NCBI GenBank assembly: GCA_051294375.1
Contig: CM119264.1
Coordinates: 13,660,813 to 13,724,812 of the forward strand
Direction: 5' to 3'
Length of the DNA stretch: 64,000 bases
Origin: Paraspadella gotoi
Taxonomy: Eukaryota; Animalia; Chaetognatha
Shown here piece by piece: positions 49,971 through 61,630 of this stretch. The notes under the pieces were generated by a model, which worked only from the letters and a program-made list of their open reading frames with translations, was not told the origin of the DNA and did no database searches. A program made the translations under genes and the position numbers. Each line of letters begins with the position of its first letter. Position 1 is the first letter of the stretch.

Positions 49971-52900
49971 TTTTTCAAGGAAGACTGAGTCGGGAAAATT
50001 AAGCGAAAAAGAAAAACGATGACCGAGTTGAAACCGTCTTCTCTGCTGAAGCTGAGATGTTGTCTGCATCCAAGATGGCGGCGAAGAGAACCTGATTAGA
50101 TCTTCGCGTAGAATAAAGCCATAAACAGATTATAAGATAAAAAGCATCATTTGCATGATAAGCAAAGAGAAAAAAACTAACTGTTAAGATAATTGGCGAA
50201 ATCAGAAATGAGGAATATCATTGATCATTGATCACTGCGCCTGTGAGAATTGTTTCTTATTCTTGAGGACGAACGTCTGATGTTTCCTCGGAAACTCGTA
50301 AAAATAGGGCCAATCTTTGTCAATGGAGCGCGTCAGAAGTTTGATTTGGGAACCTTCCCAAATGAAACTTCATACATTTCTGAGAAAACTTTCAATGGAA
50401 CAAAATTTTCTAAAAAGGCTAGAAGCACTAGTAATTAATTTTTTCATATTTATTTATTTATAGATAGGAAATGTCAAAAAAATATTTTGGAATATTATAT
50501 TTTTAAAAGCAGATTCAGATAGCTTATGAAAAGTTTAATAACTCTTAAAAGTTAAACTCCCTCTGATCTCGAGGGTAGAAATAGTCTCAAAAAAATATGA
50601 CGATAAAAGAGGAAAAGCGTGACGTGAGCCTTCTCGCTTTTGCAACGAAATCTCGTCTCGCAACGACGCTCGCTCTTCGCGTTCGTCAGAGGTGACGACA
50701 ACAACAACAACAATCACGGGGTCGTAATCGACGGATGACGAGAAGAGAAAGAAAAACCGTCGTGACCCAAACGATGAGACGCATTAAAAAAAAAGGAAGC
50801 ATAAAAAAAAGGAAGCGAGGCATAAAGCGAAGGAAAAACCACAAAAGGACGCATAAATCGAGAAAGTTGTTCCCGCGGCCGCCATCTTGTTTCCTTCTTT
50901 GTTTCTCTTTTCTTGTATTTCTTGTTTTTTTTTTATTTTCGCCGTTGTTTTTCTTTGATGTCTACCTGGGGATTGCACTCCATTCTATGGTAATGTCATA
51001 GCCGTTGAGTTTGATGAATGGATAAATGATTGAATGAATTGTGCAATCATTAGTTAACGAACATTATTGTGCTTGAACGATGTTTTATTCTAACGAAAAG
51101 AAGCGAAAAAGAGGAGGCAAGAAATTAGTGAACAAAAAAACCAAATCACGCTTTTTTCAGTTACGACTCAAACATAAACGTGAAACGCAGCGAGAAAAAA
51201 CCGCGAAGGAGAAATTGCGCCGCTGAATAGAGTTGCGGTTTCCTCTTTAAACCGAGGATAGTTCTCAGTTCTCGCGCGGACCAATTAACCGTCTCTATCT
51301 TTTTTTCCTCCCTTCTTCTTTTTTTCTTCTCTCGCTGCTTCGTTTCGAATTCAGGTAAGTTCATCGGAGAAACATTCTTGGAACGAGAATGAATAAAGGA
51401 CAATGGGGAGGAGAAAANNNNNNNNNNNNNNNNNNNNNNNNNNNNNNNNNNNNNNNNNNNNNNNNNNNNNNNNNNNNNNNNNNNNNNNNNNNNNNNNNNN
51501 NNNNNNNNNNNNNNNNNNNNNNNNNNNNNNNNNNNNNNNNNNNNNNNNNNNNNNNNNNNNNNNNNNNNNNNNNNNNNNNNNNNNNNNNNNNNNNNNNNNN
51601 NNNNNNNNNNNNNNNNNNNNNNNNNNNATACGAGAACCTAAAAAAAGAAGGAAAAAGTCAAAACGAAAATATAACCTTTGCGGCCGGAGTGAAAGACCTT
51701 TGTGTGATCATAGCTCACGTCGACCCTCAAGTGAGCTCTTTCTGATTTATTTACTCTCTCTCTCTCTCTCTCTCTCTCTCTNNNNNNNNNNNNNNNNNNN
51801 NNNNNNNNNNNNNNNNNNNNNNNNNNNNNNNNNNNNNNNNNNNNNNNNNNNNNNNNNNNNNNNNNNNNNNNNNNNNNNNNNNNNNNNNNNNNNNNNNNNN
51901 NNNNNNNNNNNNNNNNNNNNNNNNNNNNNNNNNNNNNNNNNNNNNNNNNNNNNNNNNNNNNNNNNNNNNNNNNNNNNNNNTTGACTCGCTTGCTGATTCT
52001 TTTGGATTTGCCCGCCCATCCGCGAGGCGCGACGTCGAGACGGTTCGCGCCGCACGTGATCCGAGTTGCGCAATTCGCAAAAAAACGACATTTCTAATAT
52101 TAATCGGCAAGTGTATGTTTTAAAATGAGTAATACTATAAGTATCACTTAACGTACCAATATTATAACTAGCTTTTTTAGTGCCTACTACGTAGTACTAA
52201 AATTAGTGTACTTTTATTTTATCATGACGTAAGTTAAAATAGGTTTGCATCTTGGATAATGAATAATTCCTATTTGAATAATTATACGAAACAACATAAA
52301 GGGGGTCGACATGATAAAATTAATATAATATCTTTCGGTTTGATTATCTGTTTATCACTATACCATGCACCATCATGATTGACCCCCACCATTTATGGAC
52401 CATCATGAAAAAAAGAAGTAGAGATCACAATGGAACCATCATCGATGCATGTGTCCACTCCACAGACAACCATCATCCGCAAAGNNNNNNNNNNNNNNNN
52501 NNNNNNNNNNNNNNNNNNNNNNNNNNNNNNNNNNNNNNNNNNNNNNNNNNNNNNNNNNNNNNNNNNNNNNNNNNNNNNNNNNNNNNNNNNNNNNNNNNNN
52601 NNNNNNNNNNNNNNNNNNNNNNNNNNNNNNNNNNNNNNNCATCGCCAAAATCACAACAGGATCCTCCTCGTCACCTCTGCCCACGCAAGAGTCGTTCACA
52701 GAGAAGAGTTCACGTGGGTGGAGGGCGTGGAGGACTTTGGGATGACGCGTCGGGGGGGAGGGGGAGGCGGAGGACTTTGAAAGCGAGGAGCGGGGGCAGC
52801 GTGTTGGAGCGTAGAAAGGATGGGGGCGGGATTACCGAGTGAACTCGTGTGAATTCAGAGAACAAAGATGTGAAGTGAGGCGGGAAGAATGAACGGAGTT

Positions 52901-53996
52901 GTGAACTCGATTCAACTAGAAGAACTCAGAATTAAACACAACCTAACGGACGAAAGGATAAATCATAAACAAATTTGAATATTTTAATAAAAAATAAACA
53001 TATTCGGAGAAAATATAACGCTGAAAAATTGAAACCGCTGTCCAAAGGATTTTATAGGATTTGAAAGTTGAGAAAATGGTAACTAATGTCCCTCAAAGTA
53101 ACTCAGATTAGTGAGGTAAACTAATCCACGTCGGTTAATAAAATAGACGAGTCCTTAAAAGTGTTTCCAATNNNNNNNNNNNNNNNNNNNNNNNNNNNNN
53201 NNNNNNNNNNNNNNNNNNNNNNNNNNNNNNNNNNNNNNNNNNNNNNNNNNNNNNNNNNNNNNNNNNNNNNNNNNNNNNNNNNNNNNNNNNNNNNNNNNNN
53301 NNNNNNNNNNNNNNNNNNNNNNNNNNNNNNNNNNNNNNNNNNNNNNNNNNNNNNNNNNNNNNNNNNNNNNNNNNNNNNNNNNNNNNNNNNNNNNNNNNNN
53401 NNNNNNNNNNNNNNNNNNNNNNNNNNNNNNNNNNNNNNNNNNNNNNNNNNNNNNNNNNNNNNNNNNNNNNNNNNNNGGGGGGCGGAATAAAAAGTGGGCG
53501 GAGGGAAAAAAAAACATGATAAATGATCTCTCTCATCTTTTTTGATTTGAAAGTTGTCGAGAGTCGTTAATCCTTAATCAAGTGAACTGATACTGATAGA
53601 TACTTCTTCTCTTGAGCCTTTCAAAATTTTTTTCCTTTTTATCGCTCAGTCTATTTTTTCTTTTCGTCATATTTTTCCGGGTTTTCCAACCCTCGACTCA
53701 NNNNNNNNNNNNNNNNNNNNNNNNNNNNNNNNNNNNNNNNNNNNNNNNNNNNNNNNNNNNNNNNNNNNNNNNNNNNNNNNNNNNNNNNNNNNNNNNNNNN
53801 NNNNNNNNNNNNNNNNNNNNNNNNNNNNNNNNNNNNNNNNNNNNNNNNNNNNNNNNNNNNNNNNNNNNNNNNNNNNNNNNNNNNNNNNNNNNNNNNNNNN
53901 NNNNNNNNNNNNNNNNNNTCTCGCCACATTTCCTCACTTAATCTTTTTACTCTGTTTTATCTTTTTCTTTTCCTTCTCATATTTTATTTTTTTCAG

Positions 53997-54330
53997 AGAG
54001 AAAAATCCTTGGCATCGCAAACTCGGCATCCTCACGCTTCAATCAAACCACAATGCCACATTGTCACAGTTACGAGACAACAACTCGCTCACGCACTTTG
54101 TTATCGATCGTCTTTACAGTCCCTCTCGATCGATCTTCAAGACAACTCTTCCATTCGTGGCTTTGCTTTTCAACTAGCGAGTTTCTTTCCTCCTATCGCT
54201 CCAGCGATCGATTACATTTCCCATTTCTACATCCTGTGCTCCTCCGAGTCACTGGAGTTCGACCTTCTTTTCAACGTGACCGTCTTAATGGGCTTAATTC
54301 TGAAAAGATTTTTTTTCCTCGTCAGACGTA
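53997..54330 (+). CDS. Candidate exon of unknown product after a very strong acceptor
   Basis: A ~55-nt pyrimidine tract ends TTTCAG at 53996, followed by higher-complexity sequence open in phase 0 (REKSLASQTRHPHASIKPQCH...). No homology is recognised and the right boundary is unknown. Confidence 0.3.
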
Positions 54331-54398
54331 AACACGGAATGAGAATTTTTATTTCTTGCCATCTGTCTTTTTTTTCTCAACATTGCATGTTTGTATGT

Positions 54399-54508
<110 letters not shown>

Positions 54509-55770
54509 TAGCCTCTGCTCTTTAACACCGCGCCGACTTAGGGATTCAGTTTCGGGTTCTTTCCTCTCGGAGTTTTCTTCGGGCTCCCATTCCTCGATAA
54601 GGGGTCTTGGGTGCCCGTCTATGGGTTAATGGGAATGCCCGCCCTCACTCTAGGCCAGCGTCCCAAAATCTGACGTTTGCCGGGGATGGAGGGGGCGTGG
54701 CGCGGGCGGCGCGTGGGAGTCGACGGTGTAGCGGCGCGGAAGGGAAACGTGGAGGCGTCTGGGCGTCACATGTAGAAACGAGAAACAAAACAAAAACAAA
54801 AAAAACCCAAAAAAATCGGTTAAGCTTGCTCAACTTAAAATCTGTAGGATTTGTCATCTACAAATCAATGACATTTATTCGCAACAAATTATTCCTTTTA
54901 AGGTCAAAGCTACTTGAGAAAGGAAATTAATGGAATGCGGAAATATAGCTGGAACTAAGCTGACAGACAGGACGTATTCGTAAAGCTAAATGTTTGATTA
55001 GTCGCAGTTTTATGATTTATTTTGAATAATTGTTGTGCCTTATTCCCAATCGTGAAATCTTCAACGTCGTCAGTCGATGTTTAAGTTATCTTCATGAAAT
55101 TATTTTCGTCGTCGTCGTCGCCGTTGTTTGTTTTCAATCAGATCTCGTCAAAGTAGAATCAATCAAAGCGAAGACAGTGACAAAAAAAAGGAATAAAGAA
55201 AAAAAAATAGAGAGAAAAGAAAAAATAAACAATAGCAAAAAGGAAGGAAAATGAAAAAAAGTTAAAAAATATAAGCAAAAATTCAAGAAAACAACGGAAA
55301 ATTTGGATAAAGAAAGGAGATAGAACAAAGAAAATTTTATAAAATTGGAAATGAAAGTGAAAAGAAAAGGGAAAAAAAAGAAAAGAAAAAGAAAAAAAAT
55401 CGTGGCATAGAGAGCACTAAATGGCTTCGATTACGGCTGATCTTCGATGGGGGGGGGGGCAGGCGGGGCAAACAGAACTTTCCGTGTGGGTGTTTTTTTC
55501 TTGAGAGACTTGCAACGACTATGTCGATTTTAAAAACCAAATGTTTCTCGAAAACAAGGAAAATAAATAAGTAAATAAATAAATAAACTCATTCTCGATC
55601 TAAACCTCGTCTCGTTTATTTGTCACATAAGTACATTAAACTTTCACAACTGAAGAGACCAAAAATCTGTGGGTTCATGATCGACGTATTTGGAGAAGAA
55701 GAAAAGCAGCTCAAGATGATGAAGAAATTTTTAAAGAGGGATTACTAGTACGACCAAGCTGGGCGTGTGT

Positions 55771-55863
<93 letters not shown>

Positions 55864-55958
55864 AGGAAGGGAGGGATTTGAGCAAAGGTTAATAAGAGCA
55901 GGAAAGCAATGAAAATGGAGAAAAGACGGGTTGCAAAAATCGACTTTACCACGAATGA

Positions 55959-55998
<40 letters not shown>

Positions 55999-56017
55999 GA
56001 GAGGAGAGAGAAGGAGA

Positions 56018-56055
<38 letters not shown>

Positions 56056-58478
56056 CGTAATGCGGCCCTCTTCACTCAAACAAAATTTAAATTTTATTTG
56101 AAAAAACTGAAATCCGATTCTTTCTCCTGAGACTAAAATTAAAAAATATTTTGTAAATTGAAAAAATCATTTTAAAAACATTTCATGTATTTATGGAAAC
56201 GTTTAATGTAATTAATATAAGTCAGTTAAACTAATCAAATATATTTTTTACACTGATTTCACTTGTGGTTAACGGAAACGTCGACGAAGGCGACGATGAT
56301 GTAGAATGGAGTGTGGAATTATATTGAAGGGGTGGTGGAGGTAGTGGGGGCTTCACAACTGTGAGAGTCACCGCCGAGAGACTCACTGCCGCAGCAAATG
56401 GGAATTGTGATCCTGGGTCGTGAAAGGGGCGGAGGTTGAGGCGACCTCGCTCGCGGGTGTGAATGCGGGATCGAGGAAAGGAGATCGGGGGTGGAGTGTG
56501 AAAAAGGAAGGAAATCACGTTCGTTGTGAATTAGCTGAGAATTAGTGTTATATGTATATTGTATAAATGAACTCGAAAATGAGAATGAACAAAATCAACC
56601 AACTTAAGTATTATAAAAGATTATATAATAAATTTGAAATTTCAAAAAATCGAGTGCACAAAATACGATTAATTTATAAATAAGATCGTTGGAGGCAAAG
56701 AAGGTAAAAGCGGAAAAAAAATCATATTAGAAATCTAATTTCGTAAAGCGGCAATCAGATTATTTGAAGGTTGTGAAAGAAGAAGATCGCATCTTAAAAT
56801 GTTGATGGATGGATATCACGTGATCACAAACGCAAATCGAGAGCGAAAAAACGGAAACAATACAAAATCAGTAATCGAATGAAACCGAAGGCAAAAAAAG
56901 GATTTTAAGGCGGAAATGCTAATGATAATAATATGTACGGCCTTAGAGCGATATTTCTGTCTATTCATTCTTATTTATGGATTGATCGATTTATTGATTT
57001 ATTTATTGATTTATTTATTCTATTAGATTTAATTTATTGATTGATTTATTTATTATTTTAGCCCAAAACCCAGGATGCATTTTTATTTTGTCTTGTTTTA
57101 TCTGACTCCTTTGTTATTGGTTCGATGGAGAGAATTTAGAGCGCTACTTGTCCTGTGAAGGTTTAGTCGAGGACGAGGGATCGAATTCGTTTTATGGTAA
57201 GTGAAAGGGTGAAAGGCGTTCGAGAACTCGAGGCGTAGAGGTCACATCAAAGGGGGAGTGACATCCAGAAAACTGGAACGATGAAGACGAAAGGAAGGAA
57301 GAGAGGCGAGTGATTATGGAAAGGGTTTGCTAATGCGGAGGAGGGAGGGGGGAGGGGGGAGAGGGCACGGGGCAGTCAGGAAGGATCGAAGAATTTAAGA
57401 CCCGAAACGAATTGAGTTTCGGTTTTGGGGCCGCGACGCTCGTAGGCGGATCGGGGGTCGCGTTTCCTCGACCCTTGATAGGAGGAGGCGACGCAGGGGT
57501 CGCGTTTTCTCGCCCCCGACGCAACGAAATTAGTATCATCGCTTTCGGTGATTTCGGCGATTATGAAAAGCTTAAGTATGACGCTGTTAAATATTCGGAC
57601 AAATTTGGGAGTCGGATTTGAGGTTCGGATTGGAAGAGTTATTATATTATTTTAAATCATTGTGATATAATTTTTAAGCTAAAAATCGTGACCCCTGGAA
57701 TAGAGATTATTTAGTGTCGGACTTGATGTTTGACATGAGGCTTCTGTTAGGCGCTTCCGCTAAAAAAATCAACGCCTCTTCGTCCTTTATTCGCGAAAAT
57801 CAAACGGCAGTGTTTTTTGTTGTAATAAACAAACAAATAAATAAGAATAATTTAAAAAAATAATTTTCCTTTAATTTTGGTATATACCAAAATCAAAATT
57901 AATTGATTAAACCTTGGCTTTGGGCAGNNNNNNNNNNGGCGCTTCCGCTAAAAAAAATCAACGCCTCTTCGTCCTTTACTCGCGAAAATCAAACGGCAGT
58001 GTTTTTTGTTGTAATAAACAAACAAATAAATAAGAATAATTAAAAAAAATAATTTTCCTTTAATTTTGGTATATAGCAAAATCAAAATTAATTGATTAAA
58101 CCTTGGCTTTGGGCAGATTATTTCTATTTTTATGTACAACACTCAAAACGTTAAATTCCATAATTTTTTAGCATTTTTTTTTTCACAAACGCCAACGAAA
58201 ACGACGTCACAAACGTCAAACGACGCCGCTGATGTCAACCGTTGAAAGGCCGTCTAAAAATAAGCGAAAATTCACGTGAGCGGAAAACAGCGCGACACTC
58301 GAAGCCGACCCCTTCCGACTCTCTCTTCACGTCTCTCTCTCTCACTCTCACTCTCACTCTCTTTTTTTGCTCATCTTTCACTCAATTCATTCGGGACAAG
58401 CAGCCTTTCGTTGCTTCTCTTGTTCGCTTATTCTTTCTTTCGGACTGTCTCTGTCTGTCTGTCTGTCTGTCTGTCTAG

Positions 58479-58535
<57 letters not shown>

Positions 58536-59704
58536 CTCTCTCTCATCTCTCTCTCTCTCTCTCTATGTCCTTACACTATTGTCAGAAGAACGTTTTTACG
58601 GTCGTCGTCGTCGTCGTCGTCATCGTCCTCGCTGTCTTTCCTTCTTTCACCAAATTCGCTGACGTTAGCGACAAAATCGGAAGAAAAACAACGAAACGAA
58701 AACAAAAGGGAAAAAAAAAAGTGAAAAAAGCTTGGAAGGAGAAAGAAAAGTCATTCGAGACTTCGACAACGAGAAAGGGAATACAATCTTGGAATCCTGG
58801 AAGTAAGATAGAGAGTTGGAGGAAAATAAAAGAAAACAATTATTTATGGACGAAAATGACAGAAAACTCTGTAAATCGGGAACAGATACGACAAAGACGA
58901 AAAAAAAACCCCCGTAAGTAGTAAAACAGCTATATTTTTATAATAAAAAAACGGGCTATAAAAAAACTGGTCGCCCAGTCTCTTTTCCCGTCTCCGGTTA
59001 CTTTTTCGCCGCAACTGAAAAAAGAGAAAGAAAAACACACTCGACACCGCCACCGCCGCGAACGCCGCCGCCACCGCCGCCACCGCCGCGAACGCCGCCG
59101 CCACCGCCACCACCGTCTCCACTGCTACCCCCACTGCCGTCGACCCGTTCATCCAGTGGGCAATCAACTCCATTGTTCGGGACTTTCGGCACTTAATTCG
59201 TTTTCCTGGTCTCGAGTTGGCCACTGGCCTCTGGCCTCTGGCCACTGGCCATCCCATCCAAATATCTGACTCAAACGAAAACGATGACTGAAAGTGAAAG
59301 GGCGGGAAAACGAGGATAAGCGAGTTGGAGTCAAAACCGCTCTTATTGTTCTATTTTTAAATTAAACTATGGAAGTAGTGTAGAATAAATGTTTTAAATC
59401 AACTAAAAAAGGATACGTTTTTCTCTTTTCCCTACGATCAGTTTCCTCATTCCTTTATTTACTTTTGAAATCTGTTTTTTTTTCTCTTTCGATTTTTTTC
59501 TTCTCGTAAAGCCGTTTAAATCGATTTTTTATCCGCCATATTTGATGATTTAGTGATCTCTCGGGAGGTTGAAATGAAACGGGCCAACAAAGACTCAACG
59601 AATGATTTATTGCTCGACAGGAATACAAATTTAAAAAGTAATAAAATACGAAACGAAAAAAAAAACCGCAAAAAACTCCATCGAATATAAGTTAGAATCA
59701 CGCG

Positions 59705-61630
59705 ATGGATCCCCGTTTCCCGCCATCTGTCGGAGGGATGATCTTTTGTTGTTTTTCCGGCGCCTCTCCAAATCCCGGCAGCGCTGATGGTCGACTAAGA
59801 GGCAGCGCCGGTGGCGGAGACGTTGAACTCTCGGGCGTGTGGTCCAGAAGTTCTATAGGCCAAGGCGGAGCCGGTTGCGCGGGCTATTCCGGAAGATCAC
59901 GCAAGATCCGAGACGATTTGTGTCCCAGTAGATGTCATCATAGGAACGCTACTCGCACCGCTAGTAAAACTCCAAACGATAAAAGACTCGACAGACAAGA
60001 CGATCTGATGCTCGACTGTTGCTACCATACAAATCGAAAGCCCGAGAGATGGCAGAAGCGAGACATTGATGAAACGGTTGCCATGGCAACGATTGACCGC
60101 AGAGCCGAAGCGAAGGAGAGAAAACCCAGGGATTTTCGTGGAAGAAAAAAAGATTCAGAAACGAAAGATTCGGCGGGAGCTGCCAGCGTTGGAGTCGTCA
60201 TAAATCACAACGCCATAGTTAAACGACGGAAGAAAGAACAAACTCGGATAGCAGAAGTCAATACTACAAACGTTAAAGTAATCGACGGTGAATGGGATAG
60301 TCATGTTGTATCAACCAAGCCGAAAGGAGCAAGAGAAGACTACTCCACGAGTCCACTTCTTAGTCAAAAGTCTTCGAGCTTAACTCGCGCGACTTCGATC
60401 TCGATCTCGAACCGAAAGAAGAGGAGCTTTTCGCTGGACTCTGCTGGAGCAAAAAAAGCCGCGAGTCGCGAAACGAAAGACGAGTGTAGCAGTCGCTGTA
60501 GTGGAGACAAGAAGAGCGGAGAAAAAATTGGAAAGAAGAACGGAGAGAAAAGCGTAAATAAATTGGAAAACACCTACAGGCGAAATTTGGGAGGCGTCCT
60601 GGTTTTGGTCGAAGATTCGGGTGGAGGGAAAGGAAGGGAAGAGGAAGGAAGGGAAAGAAATAGGATGGATCGAGAGGCAAGGATGACCCAGAGGGTCACA
60701 GATAATAGAGTACGGCATTCTCCGATTGAGCAAGAGTTTACGAGAGAGAGAAAGAAGGAAAGAAGACGCTCTCTTGGTGATGGGAGATGTTATATTCCGC
60801 AGCAACCTTTAACGGAATCTCATCACTTTCATCTTCAGCATCGATCACATATGCAGCAACGGCATACGCTACAGGGACCTGCAAGCTCCTGCACCACTTT
60901 TACTTTTCGGCCTCGTCGAATTAATCTGGAAAAGAGTAGCGTCTTTATTGAAGAGCGTCGATCCGCCGTCAATTTATCTGGCGCCACCTTCGTTCCTCAC
61001 CGCATCAAACGCTTCTCCTACGACGCCGCTTTATCACTCTCCAGCGGTGGCACTCGTGTTCCTGCTGGCGCCGATCTTTCACTTCTCAACGGCGTCACAC
61101 CTTCTACAACCGCTTTAGACGTCGAGGGAGATAACTCGACTCCCCCTCCTGTCAGAGATGCTCTTCGAGATGACAAACGCAGGAACGAAATGTCTGAAGG
61201 CAATTTGTTTCGAAATAACTTGAAAAGCGACACGAAGTTTGATATTGCGAGAGGCGATTCGAAGTGGAAGAGGGGCGACGCTGAGAACGAAATTTCAAAG
61301 AACAAAACTCAATACAAAACAGTCACTTCCGTCAAAAAATCGCCTCTTGTCTATGAAGTAGTTTCACCGGACAAATCTGATGAAAGATCAATTCGACTTT
61401 GCCGTGAAAAAAGTTCACCCGCCCTCGCAGATGACGCCGTTAATAATTTGGGGGAAGTTTCGGCGAGGAAAGAATTCCATTCCAATCGGTTTAATGAGGT
61501 TGAGGCGAAGAAAGAATTCTATCCCGATCGGTTTAATGAGGTTGAGGCGAAGATTTTCTCGGAAATGAGAAGCGAAGGCGCAACAAGATTCTTCTGTCTC
61601 AAAAACAGTCTAGTAAAATCATCAACGTAG
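59705..61630 (+). CDS. Uncharacterised 641-aa largely disordered protein segment (MDPRFPPSVGGMIFCCFSG...)
   Basis: A 1926-nt gap-free ORF of non-microsatellite sequence, with many RRxS/KRxS motifs and a 14-aa tandem duplication at about 61466-61549. Confidence 0.75.
   Translation: MDPRFPPSVGGMIFCCFSGASPNPGSADGRLRGSAGGGDVELSGVWSRSSIGQGGAGCAGYSGRSRKIRDDLCPSRCHHRNATRTASKTPNDKRLDRQDDLMLDCCYHTNRKPERWQKRDIDETVAMATIDRRAEAKERKPRDFRGRKKDSETKDSAGAASVGVVINHNAIVKRRKKEQTRIAEVNTTNVKVIDGEWDSHVVSTKPKGAREDYSTSPLLSQKSSSLTRATSISISNRKKRSFSLDSAGAKKAASRETKDECSSRCSGDKKSGEKIGKKNGEKSVNKLENTYRRNLGGVLVLVEDSGGGKGREEEGRERNRMDREARMTQRVTDNRVRHSPIEQEFTRERKKERRRSLGDGRCYIPQQPLTESHHFHLQHRSHMQQRHTLQGPASSCTTFTFRPRRINLEKSSVFIEERRSAVNLSGATFVPHRIKRFSYDAALSLSSGGTRVPAGADLSLLNGVTPSTTALDVEGDNSTPPPVRDALRDDKRRNEMSEGNLFRNNLKSDTKFDIARGDSKWKRGDAENEISKNKTQYKTVTSVKKSPLVYEVVSPDKSDERSIRLCREKSSPALADDAVNNLGEVSARKEFHSNRFNEVEAKKEFYPDRFNEVEAKIFSEMRSEGATRFFCLKNSLVKSST

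Noticed and set aside
59043-59135. DTATAANAAATAATAANAAATAT resembles fish type I antifreeze peptides
   Set aside because: The frame opens after a TGA at 59016 with no ATG or clear acceptor. A duplicated (GCC/ACC)n tract explains it.
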